DNA from: Microbacteriaceae bacterium
GTDB lineage: Bacteria > Actinomycetota > Actinomycetes > Actinomycetales > Microbacteriaceae
Assembly (NCBI GenBank): GCA_024639925.1
Contig: JAHEGA010000001.1
Location: 1-58,334 of the forward strand
Direction of reading: 5' to 3'
DNA length: 58,334 nucleotides
The notes below the pieces were generated by a model. That model saw only the letters and a program-made list of their open reading frames with translations. It was not told the DNA's origin and did no database searches. Both the position numbers and the translations under genes were made by a program. The stretch's first letter is position 1; the number at the start of each line of letters is the position of its first letter. This document shows, piece after piece, positions 1 through 10,880 of this stretch.

Positions 1-11
1 CTGGGAGAGCT

Positions 12-299
12 ATGTCTTTTATCGCTGTGATTGTCTATTTTGCTCTCGGGTTGTTCTTGTTGGCGCTGTGGGTTCGATTCATTTTTGACTGGGTTCAGGT
101 CCTACAGCGGGGTTTTCGCCCTAAAGGACCGGTCCTCGTGGTCGCGGAGGCGGCCTATTCCGTCACGGACAAACCGTTGCGGGCCGTGCGTAAGGTCATC
201 CCGACGATTCGCTTTGGCGGTGCCGGCATTGACCTGGGGTGGAGCGTTCTCATGTTCGGGACGTTCATTGCCTGGTCCTTCGTAGGAAGTTTGCGCTAG
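12..299 (+). CDS. yggT: YggT family membrane protein
   Basis: Hydrophobic 95 aa with 'YSVTDKPLRAVRKVIPTIRFGG..IDL' YggT motif; directly upstream of divIVA. Confidence 0.9.
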   Translation: MSFIAVIVYFALGLFLLALWVRFIFDWVQVLQRGFRPKGPVLVVAEAAYSVTDKPLRAVRKVIPTIRFGGAGIDLGWSVLMFGTFIAWSFVGSLR

Positions 300-390
300 T
301 TCTTCCCCTTCGCGAAGAAGGGGGTACCCTGGGGAAAGTCGTTCTGTTCGTCGGGGCGGCAAGCCCCCACTGAAACAAAGGTATAGATTC

Positions 391-1017
391 ATGGCTCTCA
401 CTCCTGAAGACATCGTTAACAAGCGTTTTCAGTCCACGAAATTCCGCGAAGGTTACGACCAGGACGAGGTAGACGACTTCCTCGACGAAGTGGTCGCTGA
501 GATGCGCCGAGTGGTTGCCGAGAATGAAGAACTTAGCCAGAAGCTTGCCGCAACGGATGGACGAATTTCCGAGCTGCAGCGTGGCGGTCCCGCACCGAGC
601 GTTGCTCCCTCCCCGGTGGCCACAACAGACGATGTTGTCGATACCGAAAACGCGAACAACTTGCTCCAATTGGCCCGACGCCTGCATGAAGAACATGTTC
701 GTGAGGGTATTCAGAAGCGCGACGAGCTCATTGCGGAAGGCCACGCCCAGGCGGCCCGCATTGTTGCCGAGGCCGAGGCGGAGCACCAAGTCACCGTCAC
801 AAGGCTTGAACAAGAGCGCGCCGTGATGAGCGCAAGCGTCGAAGAACTCCGCGCTTTTGAGCGTGAGTACCGTCAAGGTTTGAAAGACTTCATCAACGAG
901 CAGGTTCGGGCCCTCGACTCGTCGTTGGAATCTGGGGCTAGCCAGCCGCCGGTCCCCGCCAGTCCCGCAGCGGCGAGTGACACCGGCTCCACTGATGTGA
1001 CGCCCGACGCGCCGTAA
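391..1017 (+). CDS. divIVA: DivIVA/Wag31 cell division and polar growth protein
   Basis: N-terminal 'MALTPEDIVNKRF..FREGYDQDEVDDFLD' DivIVA domain followed by coiled coil. Confidence 0.95.
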   Translation: MALTPEDIVNKRFQSTKFREGYDQDEVDDFLDEVVAEMRRVVAENEELSQKLAATDGRISELQRGGPAPSVAPSPVATTDDVVDTENANNLLQLARRLHEEHVREGIQKRDELIAEGHAQAARIVAEAEAEHQVTVTRLEQERAVMSASVEELRAFEREYRQGLKDFINEQVRALDSSLESGASQPPVPASPAAASDTGSTDVTPDAP

Positions 1018-1030
1018 CGCGCGACCACTA

Positions 1031-1954
1031 GTGCCCGAAACACGGACCATTGCGGTCCCCGAAGGGTTATCGGGCGAGCGGCTTGATGTCGTTCTTTCGC
1101 GTCTTTTTGGTTTCTCCCGCGCGTTTGCTCAGGATGTGATCGAGGGCGGAGGCGCCGTCGTCGATGGCAAGGCCGGCATCAAGAGTGATCGCGCCTGGGC
1201 TGGTGCGATGCTCGATGTCACGTTTGAGCCCAAGCGAGCGCCGACAATCGAGCCCATCGTTGTCGACTCCATGTCGATTCTCTATGACGATGACGACGTG
1301 GTAATCGTGGATAAACCTCCGGGACTCGCGGCGCACCCCGCACCGAGTTGGGATGGACCCTCTGTGCTGGGGGCTCTCGCAGGGGCGGGCTATCGGATAT
1401 CGACCTCGGGGCCACCCGAGCGCCAAGGTATTGTTCATCGGCTCGACGTGGGGACCTCCGGGGCCATGGCCGTAGCCAAATCAGAAGTCGCCTACAGCAA
1501 GCTCAAGAGGGCGTTTAAGGCGCGCGAAGTGCACAAAACCTACCTTGCGCTGGTGCAGGGTCACCCCGATCCCTCCCTCGGCACCATTGATGCCCCGATC
1601 GGGCGTCACCCCAGCTCTTCGTGGCGTTTTGCCGTGGTGGCCGGGGGGCGCGACTCGATTACTCACTACGAGACTCTGGAAGCCTTTAGTGCAGCTTCCT
1701 TGCTTAAGGTCACCCTTGAGACCGGTCGCACGCACCAGATTCGGGTGCATATGTCGGCGCAGAAGCATCCGATTGTGGGCGACACTGTGTACGGAGCGGA
1801 CCCGACTATCGCAGAGAGATTGGGCGCTTCTCGGCAATGGCTCCACGCCAGCGAATTGGAGTTCACTCACCCGGTGAGCGGCGAGCAGGTCAGCGTTTCC
1901 TGCCCTATACCCGAGGACCTTCAGGTGGGGCTTGAGCGACTTCGCTCCGCGTAG
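1031..1954 (+). CDS. rluD: RluA/RluD family 23S rRNA pseudouridine synthase
   Basis: S4-like N-terminus, 'VDKPPGL', catalytic 'HRLDVGTSG', 'TGRTHQIRVH'. Confidence 0.92.
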   Translation: MPETRTIAVPEGLSGERLDVVLSRLFGFSRAFAQDVIEGGGAVVDGKAGIKSDRAWAGAMLDVTFEPKRAPTIEPIVVDSMSILYDDDDVVIVDKPPGLAAHPAPSWDGPSVLGALAGAGYRISTSGPPERQGIVHRLDVGTSGAMAVAKSEVAYSKLKRAFKAREVHKTYLALVQGHPDPSLGTIDAPIGRHPSSSWRFAVVAGGRDSITHYETLEAFSAASLLKVTLETGRTHQIRVHMSAQKHPIVGDTVYGADPTIAERLGASRQWLHASELEFTHPVSGEQVSVSCPIPEDLQVGLERLRSA

Positions 1955-2020
1955 CGGAGTGTCAGGCACCACGCAGTGTGTCGCGGTTTACTCTAGAAAG
2001 CCCGCGAGCAGAAGGAGGTC

Positions 2021-5000
2021 TTGGTGAGCTCGTCCAGCGACTCTTTCGCGCATCTTCACGTGCACACGGAGTATTCCATGCTGGATGGCGCGGCCCGAAT
2101 CTCGAACCTGGTGGACGAAGTGGCTCGCCAAGAGATGCCTGCTGTGGCGATGACCGATCACGGTGTGATGTTCGGGGCGTATGAATTCTGGAAACACGCG
2201 ACGCAGGCCGGGGTAAACCCGGTGATCGGAGTCGAGGCGTACCTCACTCCGGGTACCCACCGCAGTGACAAAACCCGGGTTCAGTGGGGGAGCGGTGGCG
2301 AGGATGACGTGTCAGGTGCCGGCGCGTACACCCACGTCACGCTCCTGGCGGAAAACACCGAGGGAATGCACAACTTGTTCCGGATGTCTTCCAAAGCGTC
2401 GCTCGAAGGCTATTACTTCAAGCCACGGATGGACCGGGAACTGCTCCAGACCTACAGCAAGGGAGTGATCGCCACCACCGGTTGCCCCAGTAGTGAAGTT
2501 CAGACCTATTTGCGCCTTGGCCAGTACGACAAAGCACTCCATGCGGCCGCAGAATTTCGAGACATTTTCGGCGCGGATAACTACTTTGTCGAGATTATGG
2601 ATCACGGGTTAGGTATCGAGAAGCGGGTGTTACCCGACCTGTTGAAGCTCTCAAAAGACCTGGGTATCCCACTTCTGGCCACAAACGACCTTCACTACAC
2701 GACTGCTGCCGACGCTGACGCCCACGCGGCTTTGCTGTGTGTTCAATCAGGCTCAACACTGGACGACCCCAAACGCTTCAAATTCGACTCCAACGAGTTT
2801 TACGTGAAGACACCCGCCCAGATGAGGGCATTGTTTGCGGACTTCCCTGAGGCAGCCGACAACACGCTGTTGATTGCGCAGCGCGCCAACGTAACGTTCG
2901 ACGAGAGCGCCAACTTCATGCCGATCTTCCCCGTACCTGAGGGGGAAACCGAAGTGAGCTTCTTTGAGTCCGCGGTTCGTTCGGGGCTGGAGGGTCGCTA
3001 CCCCGGTGGAGTTCCGGACAAGGTCACTGAGCAGGCTGAGTATGAGATCGGCGTGATCTCCCAGATGGGCTTTGCGAGCTACTTCCTGGTTGTGGCCGAC
3101 TTCATCAACTGGGCCAAATCTCAGGGCATTCGTGTGGGACCAGGTCGTGGGTCGGGAGCCGGCTCGATGGCCGCCTTCGCGATGAGAATCACCGAACTTG
3201 ACCCTCTGGAGCACGGGCTGATTTTCGAACGTTTCTTGAACCCTGATCGCGTGTCGATGCCTGACTTTGACGTGGACTTTGATGAGCGTCGCCGCAACGA
3301 AGTCATTCGCTACGTCACCGAAAAGTACGGTGACGATCGCGTGGCCCAAATCGTGACCTTCGGTACCATCAAGGCGAAGCAGGCTCTGAAGGATGCCGCT
3401 CGCGTGTTGGGACACCCCTTCGGTATGGGGGAAAAGCTCACCAAACTGATGCCCGCTGGGGTCATGGGTAAAGAGATGTCCCTACAAGGCATCATCGACC
3501 CTTCACACGAGCGCTACAAAGAGGCTGCTGACTTCAGGGCTCTGCTGGAAAGCGACTCGGAGGCGCTTACTGTTTTTGAACGCGCCCAGGGACTCGAAAA
3601 CCTGAAACGGCAGTGGGGTGTCCATGCGGCGGGGGTCATTATGTCCTCGGCGCCCCTCATGGACACCATCCCGATCATGAAGCGTGATCAGGACGGACAG
3701 ATTGTTACGCAGTTTGATTTCCCGAGTTCCGAAGCGCTCGGACTCGTGAAGATGGACTTTTTGTCGCTTCGCAATTTGACAATTATCGATGACGCTCTCG
3801 ACAACATTGAGCTCAACCGTGGGCATCGCCCCGTGCTGGAAGACCTCACGCTCGATGACCCGGCTGCCTACGAGTTGATGAGTCGCGGTGACACCCTGGG
3901 AGTTTTTCAACTCGATGGCGGCCCCATGCGCAGCCTCTTGCGACTGCTGAAGCCCGATTCGTTTGAAGATGTGTCTGCCGTCCTGGCCCTGTATCGGCCA
4001 GGACCAATGGGAGCCGACTCTCACACCAACTACGCCTTGAGGAAAAACGGCCAGCAAAACATCACTCCACTGCACCCCGAACTTGCGGATGCTCTCGAAG
4101 AAATTCTGGGCGGCACCTACGGGCTCATTGTGTACCAGGAGCAGGTCATGGAGATCGCCCAGAAGCTTGCGGGCTACACACTCGCGCAAGCTGATTTGCT
4201 TCGTCGCGCGATGGGTAAGAAAAAGAAGGCCGAACTGGATATTCAATTCGAGGCTTTCCGGGAAGGTATGCGCACCAACGGCTTCTCCGATGCCTCCATC
4301 ACTGCGTTGTGGGAGGTCTTGGTACCTTTCTCGGACTACGCCTTCAACAAGGCCCACTCGGCCGCTTACGGCATGATTTCCTACTGGACTGCCTATCTGA
4401 AGGCCCATTTCCCGGCGGAATACATGGCCGCGCTTCTTACCAGTGTGAGCGATCAAAAAGACAAGTCAGCGGTGTATCTCAACGAGTGTCGCCGTATGGG
4501 TATCCAGGTTCTGCCTCCCGACGTCAATGAGTCCATCGCCACCTTTAGCGCGGTCGGCGAAGACGTCCGGTTTGGTCTGGCAGCCATCCGAAATGTCGGT
4601 GTGGGTGTCGTGGATTCCATTCGTTCGACCCGCGAGGAAAAAGGCACGTTTGTCTCGTTCCATGACTTCGTGAAAAAGGTTCCTTCGAGCGTCTTGAACA
4701 AGCGGTGTGTCGAGTCGCTCATCAAGGGCGGCGCCTTCGACCAGCTGGGACATACCCGACGTGCACTCTTCGACATCCACGAAAACACGGTGGAGGCAGC
4801 GTCAAAGGACAAGCGAGCCGAAGAGCATGGCCATGTGGGCTTCGATTTTGACAGCCTGTTTGACGAGGGGGAAACCTCTCCCACCTCGGTGGTGCCTGAC
4901 CGCCCGGAATGGCCCCGTAAGGAGCTGTTGTCGCTGGAGCGGGAGATGTTGGGGCTGTATGTCTCTGATCATCCTCTGGCCGGTTTAGAACGGGCCATTG

Positions 5001-5545
5001 GCAAAGAGGCCGAGGTGTCGATTGCCGAACTTCTCCTCCAAGATCGTGAAGACGGGGAGATCGTGACTATCGCTGGGCTCATCACGGGCGTAACCCACCG
5101 CGTTGCGCGCTCCAGCGGTAACCCTTACGCCCAGGTCACGATTGAGGACTTTGGTGGTGAGTTGGCCGTGATGTTCCTGGGCAAGACGTACAAGAACTAT
5201 CAAGCCGACCTGCTGGAGGACACCATTGTTGCGCTCCGGGGGCGCGTGTCGAATCGCGATGACGGGCTGGGGTTACACGCCGTCGAGCTCACACCGTTGT
5301 CGGTGAGCGCTGCAGATGATGATGAGCCCTTGCGGTTGACAGTCCCCGAGCACTTTGCCACCCCGGAGATTCTTGCCGATCTTGATGCCACGCTCTCTCG
5401 TCATCAGGGGGAGTCGCTGGTGCACCTGAGGCTCGTGAAATCGGGCGTCGAGCGAGTTTTTGAACTTCCCCGCAAAGTTGAGGTCTCGCTCGATCTCATT
5501 GGAGAAGTCAAGAGTGTGCTGGGCGCACACTGCCTCAGTGCCTAA
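2021..5545 (+). CDS. dnaE: DNA polymerase III alpha subunit (replicative DnaE1)
   Basis: PHP 'HLHVHTEYSMLDG', 'GPGRGSGAGS', 'PDFDVDF', 'YAFNKAHS'; SD AGGAGG before start. Confidence 0.97.
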   Translation: MVSSSSDSFAHLHVHTEYSMLDGAARISNLVDEVARQEMPAVAMTDHGVMFGAYEFWKHATQAGVNPVIGVEAYLTPGTHRSDKTRVQWGSGGEDDVSGAGAYTHVTLLAENTEGMHNLFRMSSKASLEGYYFKPRMDRELLQTYSKGVIATTGCPSSEVQTYLRLGQYDKALHAAAEFRDIFGADNYFVEIMDHGLGIEKRVLPDLLKLSKDLGIPLLATNDLHYTTAADADAHAALLCVQSGSTLDDPKRFKFDSNEFYVKTPAQMRALFADFPEAADNTLLIAQRANVTFDESANFMPIFPVPEGETEVSFFESAVRSGLEGRYPGGVPDKVTEQAEYEIGVISQMGFASYFLVVADFINWAKSQGIRVGPGRGSGAGSMAAFAMRITELDPLEHGLIFERFLNPDRVSMPDFDVDFDERRRNEVIRYVTEKYGDDRVAQIVTFGTIKAKQALKDAARVLGHPFGMGEKLTKLMPAGVMGKEMSLQGIIDPSHERYKEAADFRALLESDSEALTVFERAQGLENLKRQWGVHAAGVIMSSAPLMDTIPIMKRDQDGQIVTQFDFPSSEALGLVKMDFLSLRNLTIIDDALDNIELNRGHRPVLEDLTLDDPAAYELMSRGDTLGVFQLDGGPMRSLLRLLKPDSFEDVSAVLALYRPGPMGADSHTNYALRKNGQQNITPLHPELADALEEILGGTYGLIVYQEQVMEIAQKLAGYTLAQADLLRRAMGKKKKAELDIQFEAFREGMRTNGFSDASITALWEVLVPFSDYAFNKAHSAAYGMISYWTAYLKAHFPAEYMAALLTSVSDQKDKSAVYLNECRRMGIQVLPPDVNESIATFSAVGEDVRFGLAAIRNVGVGVVDSIRSTREEKGTFVSFHDFVKKVPSSVLNKRCVESLIKGGAFDQLGHTRRALFDIHENTVEAASKDKRAEEHGHVGFDFDSLFDEGETSPTSVVPDRPEWPRKELLSLEREMLGLYVSDHPLAGLERAIGKEAEVSIAELLLQDREDGEIVTIAGLITGVTHRVARSSGNPYAQVTIEDFGGELAVMFLGKTYKNYQADLLEDTIVALRGRVSNRDDGLGLHAVELTPLSVSAADDDEPLRLTVPEHFATPEILADLDATLSRHQGESLVHLRLVKSGVERVFELPRKVEVSLDLIGEVKSVLGAHCLSA

Positions 5546-6039
5546 AGCGCTGCAGTGGTTGAGTAAGCCTTCTGGTGGTAGGCCAGCGGACTCTGTTCGG
5601 GTCCGAGTTCGCCGCCGGTGATGCGGATCGCGATCATCCCGGCAAATTCCACCTCCACACGCTCCACTACGTGGCCTTCGACCCAGGCACTGACACCTTT
5701 CAGGATGGGCAGACCGTGGGGGCCCGAACTCCAGTGGTCGCCGACAAAACGTTCGCTCGCCTCGCCCGCCATGATTCCGGCAAGCTCGAGCGACTCAGCC
5801 CCCAGAAAGTGCAGGGCAACCTTCGCGTCTTTTTTGAGCGCGCTCCAAGAGCTCGCCGTCTGAGACATGTTGAAGCTGGCCAGTGGCGGTGAGGCCGACA
5901 GCGAAGCGACGGAGGTCGCCGTAAAACCGGTGGGAGAGCCGTCTGCCTTCAGAGCTGTGACGACACACAGTCCTGCGCTGTGACGCCGGAACGCTTCAAG
6001 AAAGATCTGGGAGGGGGAGAGGGGCTCGCTACTATTCAC
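5542..6039 (-). CDS. Flavin reductase family protein
   Basis: 'AFRRHSAGLCVVT..GFTATSVASLSASPP' flavin reductase-like motif. Confidence 0.85.
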   Translation of the reverse strand: MNSSEPLSPSQIFLEAFRRHSAGLCVVTALKADGSPTGFTATSVASLSASPPLASFNMSQTASSWSALKKDAKVALHFLGAESLELAGIMAGEASERFVGDHWSSGPHGLPILKGVSAWVEGHVVERVEVEFAGMIAIRITGGELGPEQSPLAYHQKAYSTTAAL

Positions 6040-6100
6040 GCGGTCTACCCTAACGGCTCACCCCTTGCCCCTTTCGCGGCCGGGCTACGATGGGGGAGAC

Positions 6101-7423
6101 ATGATTCGATTGACCGACCTTCGTGGCCTGAGCATTACCCCGACGAGTGTGGCCAGCTTTGTGCCTCGCGTTCCCGCAGGGGACTCTGACTTGCCACACG
6201 TTGTGGAAGAACTCATGCACTCAGTCCGCCACAACGGGCTTTCCGCGCTTGTGGACCAGGCTGCCACCTTCGACGGCGTCGATGATCTTGAACCACGGAC
6301 AACACCGGCCGAACTCTCCCGGGCCGCCTCGGAACTGGAGAGGTCACTGAAGGCGGCGATCCAAGAGTCCATCCGCCGGGTACGCGCAGCCTCCGAGGAT
6401 TCGCTTCCGGTGTCTGCCACCACGGAGTTTCACACCGGAGGCACCGTGACGATGCGGCACGTTCCCGTCCACCGCGCGGGAGTGTACGTCCCCGGTGGCA
6501 AAGCCGTGTACCCCTCCAGCGTGATCATGAACGTGGTGGCAGCGCAGGCAGCAGGAGTCAAGGAAATTGTTCTTGTTTCCCCGCCTCAAGCAGAATTTGC
6601 GGGGCGAATCCACCCCACAATCCTCGCGACCGCCGAGTTGTTAGGCGTCACGGAGGTCTATGCGCTGGGGGGTGCGGGAGCGATCGCCGCACTCGCATGG
6701 GGGGTTCCGGAATTGGACCTGAACCCGGTCGCGGTCATCACCGGGCCAGGAAACCAATATGTAGCCGCAGCAAAACGCGCGGTGCGCGGAGTGGTGGGCA
6801 TCGATTCGGAGGCGGGGCCCTCCGAAATAGCCATCATTGCTGATGCCACCGCCCACCCGGAGTTCGTAGCGGCCGATCTCGTCTCGCAAGCCGAGCACGA
6901 CGAGCTTGCCTCCGTCGTTCTCGTGACTGACTCGTGGGAATTGGCGGAGCGGGTCACGCTGTCACTGGAGCGACGAGCAGCGGAGGCGGAGAATACCGAG
7001 CGTGTCTCGAGCGCTTTGGGGGGAGAACAGTCCGCGCTGCTCGTATGTGACTCGCTCGAGCACGCCGTGTGGCTCTCCAACGCGATGGCGCCCGAACACC
7101 TTCAAGTGATGGTGTCGGAGCCTGAGGGGCTGTTGCCTCTGTTGACCAACGCCGGAGCCATCTTTGTCGGCAATTACACTCCCGTGAGTGCGGGCGATTA
7201 CGCGGCGGGGTCTAACCACGTCCTGCCCACCCACGGCACCGCTGCGTTCAGCTCTGGTCTCTCACCCTTGACGTTTCTCAAGAGCCAGCAAATCGTTGAT
7301 TACGACAAGCAAGCGCTCTCGCACATCGCTGCTCATGTGGAAAACTTTGCGCGAGCAGAGCATCTGCCCGCTCACGCTGAGGCTATTGCCGTGCGTTTCC
7401 GACCAGAAGACGACGGGGCATAG
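6101..7423 (+). CDS. hisD: Histidinol dehydrogenase
   Basis: 'GVYVPGG', 'GPGNQYV', 'SQAEHD', 'APEHL', '[13 protein letters not shown]'; start placed at ATG 6101 after GGAG. Confidence 0.96.
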   Translation: MIRLTDLRGLSITPTSVASFVPRVPAGDSDLPHVVEELMHSVRHNGLSALVDQAATFDGVDDLEPRTTPAELSRAASELERSLKAAIQESIRRVRAASEDSLPVSATTEFHTGGTVTMRHVPVHRAGVYVPGGKAVYPSSVIMNVVAAQAAGVKEIVLVSPPQAEFAGRIHPTILATAELLGVTEVYALGGAGAIAALAWGVPELDLNPVAVITGPGNQYVAAAKRAVRGVVGIDSEAGPSEIAIIADATAHPEFVAADLVSQAEHDELASVVLVTDSWELAERVTLSLERRAAEAENTERVSSALGGEQSALLVCDSLEHAVWLSNAMAPEHLQVMVSEPEGLLPLLTNAGAIFVGNYTPVSAGDYAAGSNHVLPTHGTAAFSSGLSPLTFLKSQQIVDYDKQALSHIAAHVENFARAEHLPAHAEAIAVRFRPEDDGA

Positions 7424-7434
7424 GCTCAACAACC

Positions 7435-7893
7435 ATGTATTGTCCCTTTTGTCGTCACCCAGATTCCCGCGTGATTGATTCCCGGACCAGCGATGACGGG
7501 TTGTCGATTCGCCGTCGTCGTCAGTGCCCAGAATGCACCAGGCGCTTCTCCACGCTCGAGACCGCCAGTTTGAGCGTCATCAAACGCAGCGGCGTCACCG
7601 AGCCCTTTAGCCGGGAGAAAATCGCTGCTGGTGTCAAAAAAGCTTGTCAAGGCCGACCCGTGACGGACCAGGACCTTGCCCAGCTTGCGCAGCGCGTGGA
7701 AGAGATCATTCGTCAAACCGGAGCATCCCAGGTGGATGCGAACGAAATCGGCCTGGCCATACTGGAGCCTTTGCGCGAATTGGACGAGGTTGCGTATCTT
7801 CGTTTTGCCTCCGTGTATCAGGCTTTCGAAAGTCTGGAAGATTTTGAAGACGCGATCCAGTTGTTGCGGGAGACCCCCGCCGCGGAGTCCTAG
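7435..7893 (+). CDS. nrdR: Transcriptional repressor NrdR
   Basis: '[29 protein letters not shown]' Zn ribbon plus ATP cone, '[10 protein letters not shown]'. Confidence 0.97.
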   Translation: MYCPFCRHPDSRVIDSRTSDDGLSIRRRRQCPECTRRFSTLETASLSVIKRSGVTEPFSREKIAAGVKKACQGRPVTDQDLAQLAQRVEEIIRQTGASQVDANEIGLAILEPLRELDEVAYLRFASVYQAFESLEDFEDAIQLLRETPAAES

Positions 7894-8940
7894 ATGTACA
7901 GTCTGCTGTTTGCTGTCCTCAAGCGCCTGGACCCCGAGGTCACCCATCACTGGGGAATGGTTATCATCCGGCTCGCGGGGTTGCCTGGGATTCGCCGGTT
8001 ACTCCGGAAACGTTATGCGCCAAACCCTTCGCTTGCAGTCCGCGCGCTGCGCCAAGATTTTGGCTCCCCGATTGGTCTGGCCGCCGGTTTTGATAAAAAC
8101 GCCGTTGCGGTGAGGGGCTTTTACGCTCTGGGTTTCGATCACGTAGAGGTCGGCACGGTCACTGCGCTGGCCCAACCAGGGAACCCGAAGCCGCGTTTGT
8201 TCCGGCTTCCCGCCGATCGGGCGCTGATCAATCGGATGGGTTTCAACAACGACGGAGCAGAGATTGTCGCCACGCGCCTAGCCGCTTTGCGCCACTGGGG
8301 TGGCGATCTGCCGGTTATTGGGGTCAATATCGGTAAGAGCCGGGCTGCAGATATCGCGGGAGCGACCGCGGACTACGTGACCAGCGCAACGCTCTTGGCG
8401 CCTCATGCCGATTACCTCGTGGTGAACGTCAGTTCGCCGAACACTCCGGGTTTGCGCGGTTTGCAGGAGGTCTCCTCACTGAAGCCACTGCTGCAGGCGG
8501 TTCAGGCTGCTGCCCGCGAAACACCGCTCCTCGTGAAGATTTCCCCTGATCTCGATGACCAGGCCGTGACGGATATTGCACAGGTCGTCAATGACCTCGA
8601 TTTGGCAGGAATTATTGCGACAAACACCACGGTATCTCGGGAAAACCTCACCACACGAGCCTCTTCGGTAGCAGAAATGGGGGAGGGCGGTCTGTCCGGT
8701 GCTCCCGTGAGAGAGGCCTCACTGCGGGTTCTGGCGTTGCTTCGGCAGACGCTTCCGCGCGACAAAGCAGTGATCAGTGTTGGCGGAATCTTTGACGGAC
8801 AGGACGTGAAGGAACGACTGGACGCGGGTGCGTCGCTCGTTCAGGCCTACACCGGGTTCGTTTACCGAGGGCCGGCGTTTGCCGGACTTCTCACCAGGGA
8901 ACTTCGGGACGTGCTTAGCGGGGTTTCTCTCCGCGCTTGA
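7894..8940 (+). CDS. pyrD: Quinone-dependent dihydroorotate dehydrogenase (class 2)
   Basis: 'GLAAGFDKNA', 'NRMGFNN', 'NVSSPNTPGLR', 'VKISPD', 'GGLSG'. Confidence 0.96.
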   Translation: MYSLLFAVLKRLDPEVTHHWGMVIIRLAGLPGIRRLLRKRYAPNPSLAVRALRQDFGSPIGLAAGFDKNAVAVRGFYALGFDHVEVGTVTALAQPGNPKPRLFRLPADRALINRMGFNNDGAEIVATRLAALRHWGGDLPVIGVNIGKSRAADIAGATADYVTSATLLAPHADYLVVNVSSPNTPGLRGLQEVSSLKPLLQAVQAAARETPLLVKISPDLDDQAVTDIAQVVNDLDLAGIIATNTTVSRENLTTRASSVAEMGEGGLSGAPVREASLRVLALLRQTLPRDKAVISVGGIFDGQDVKERLDAGASLVQAYTGFVYRGPAFAGLLTRELRDVLSGVSLRA

Positions 8941-9460
8941 CCTGCGCTTTGGGCAAACGGAGCCCACGCATTTGAAGAGAACGCATCGCCGCGTACCAGC
9001 GAACACCGTTTTCGACATTGTCGACACCGTATTTGGCCCTCAAACCCTTCCGGACCAGGAATCCAGCCACCGTCGCATCAATGACGGTTAGGGCAAAAAA
9101 CAGCCAGAGCACAATGATGGCGATGAACTGCGCCTGGATGGAGGGGAGAAATGTCGCGATGATCACGGCGAACATAATGGGGATCAAAAACTCGCCAAAG
9201 CTCCACCGAGAGTCCACATAGTCGCGAACCCATTTCCTTTGAGGCCCCTTGTCCCGCACCGGGAGGAAGCGCTCTTCGCCAGCTGCTAAACCCAGCCGTG
9301 CCCGCTCGCGCTCTTTCGCTAGCCGAGCGCGAGCCTCCTTGCGGTCGTTGCTGACCAGTGGGCGACGCCGTTCCGCTTCTCGATCTCGCCTCCGCGGTGT
9401 GGGACGACCCTTCCCCGCTTCGTTCTCGTTGTGGGGCTCGGAAGAATCAGATGTGCTCAC
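8915..9460 (-). CDS. DUF3043-type actinobacterial membrane protein
   Basis: 'GKGRPTPRRRDREA', 'RDKGPQRKWVRDYVDSR', two TM helices; start placed at GTG 9460 after GAGAGG. Confidence 0.85.
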   Translation of the reverse strand: MSTSDSSEPHNENEAGKGRPTPRRRDREAERRRPLVSNDRKEARARLAKERERARLGLAAGEERFLPVRDKGPQRKWVRDYVDSRWSFGEFLIPIMFAVIIATFLPSIQAQFIAIIVLWLFFALTVIDATVAGFLVRKGLRAKYGVDNVENGVRWYAAMRSLQMRGLRLPKAQVKRGEKPR

Positions 9461-9582
9461 GGGGCGCCTCTCTTTTCGCTTGCACCAGAGTACCGGGGGA
9501 TACCAGCAGTAGCTTTCACGGCGTGGGTGCTCAGCTTCGACCCACGCGAGCCGATTACACTGAAGGCAAGTAGGAGGACACC

Positions 9583-9930
9583 ATGACCGAAACCCTGTCA
9601 CCCAGCCACAACGTGGTCCTTACGGACACGGCGGCTTCCAAAGTGAAGAACCTGCTCGAGCAGGAGGGTCGCGACGACCTGCGTTTGCGCGTTGCTGTGC
9701 AGCCGGGCGGGTGCTCCGGCTTGATCTACCAATTGTTCTTTGATGAGCGTTTGATGGAGGACGACCTTGTTCGAGACTTCGATGGTGTCGAAGTCGTCGT
9801 GGACAAAATGAGTTCCCCCTACATCGATGGCGCGTCTGTCGATTTTGAAGACACGATTCAGAAGCAGGGCTTCACCATCGACAATCCAAATGCCCAGGGT
9901 TCCTGTGCCTGCGGAGACAGTTTTAGCTAG
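9583..9930 (+). CDS. erpA: A-type iron-sulfur cluster carrier (HesB/IscA/ErpA family)
   Basis: 'LRVAVQPGGCSGL', C-terminal 'NPNAQGSCACGDSF'. Confidence 0.92.
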   Translation: MTETLSPSHNVVLTDTAASKVKNLLEQEGRDDLRLRVAVQPGGCSGLIYQLFFDERLMEDDLVRDFDGVEVVVDKMSSPYIDGASVDFEDTIQKQGFTIDNPNAQGSCACGDSFS

Positions 9931-10016
9931 GAAATTCCCAGCTTTTTCGGCCCAGTCGGGCTGAAGCGATGTCGTAGACTGAGCACGTAATTGCGGAGAA
10001 ACGCGAAAGGGTTGTA

Positions 10017-10880
10017 GTGCGCCAGAGATTCACCCGTGGATTAAAAGGGGCATCTGTCCTTACCCTCGTCGCCCTTGTTCTCGCGGGGTGCACCCAGCAA
10101 TCGATGTTGGGGTGGTTGCCTGCCGAACGTGGCCTGACTAACCAGGTTGACCGAGTTATTGACCTGTGGGTCGTGTCGTGGATTGTTCTGATCGTCATCG
10201 GTGTGATCACCTGGATTTTGATCATCTGGGCAGCAGTTGTTTATCGGCGCCGTAAGGGCCAAACGGGAATGCCCGCCCAACTGCGTTACAACATGCCGAT
10301 TGAGACTTTTTACACGGTGGTCCCGCTGATCCTGGTTCTGGGATTGTTTGCCTTCACCGCTCGGGATCAGATCGAAATCGAAAGTCCGCTCCCGGACCCC
10401 GATGTCTCGATCGAGGTGTACGGAAAGCGTTGGGCTTGGGACTTTAACTATCTCAATGAGAACGTCTACTACGCGGGTATTCAAGCCCAAGAACTTCCTG
10501 GCGGCAGCATCGACACCGATGTGCTTCCCAAGATGTATCTTCCGGTAGACCAAAAGGTGGAAATCAAGATTGAATCGCGCGACGTGATTCACTCGTTCTG
10601 GATCATCGACTTCCTGTACAAGAAAGACATGATCCCCGCTCGAACTAACTACTGGTACTTCATCCCCCAGGAAGAGGGCGTTTTCCGGGGCAAGTGTGCT
10701 GAGCTGTGCGGTGAATACCACTCGCTCATGCTCTTCGAAGTGCACGTGGTTTCCCAGGCGGAATACGACCGTCGTATCTCGGCACTTCGAGCAGAGGGCA
10801 ATGTGGGTCGTCTTGGGCCCGAGCTCAATGTTCTTCAAAACCTGCCCGGTACGGCACCTGTTAGCGAAAGGGAAGAGTAA
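10017..10880 (+). CDS. ctaC: Cytochrome c oxidase subunit II
   Basis: Lipobox LAGC, two TM helices, CuA ligands 'DVIHSFW' and 'CAELCGEYHSLM'. Confidence 0.96.
   Translation: MRQRFTRGLKGASVLTLVALVLAGCTQQSMLGWLPAERGLTNQVDRVIDLWVVSWIVLIVIGVITWILIIWAAVVYRRRKGQTGMPAQLRYNMPIETFYTVVPLILVLGLFAFTARDQIEIESPLPDPDVSIEVYGKRWAWDFNYLNENVYYAGIQAQELPGGSIDTDVLPKMYLPVDQKVEIKIESRDVIHSFWIIDFLYKKDMIPARTNYWYFIPQEEGVFRGKCAELCGEYHSLMLFEVHVVSQAEYDRRISALRAEGNVGRLGPELNVLQNLPGTAPVSEREE

Noticed and set aside
1960-1994. TGTCAG upstream of dnaE1 as a PafBC promoter
   Set aside because: The hexamer 10 nt downstream is GTGTGT, not TANNNT, and the likely -10 (TACTCT 1989-1994) is at the wrong spacing.
2021-5545. Intein or split in DnaE1
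   Set aside because: Normal length (1174 aa) with contiguous motifs and no intein-like segment.
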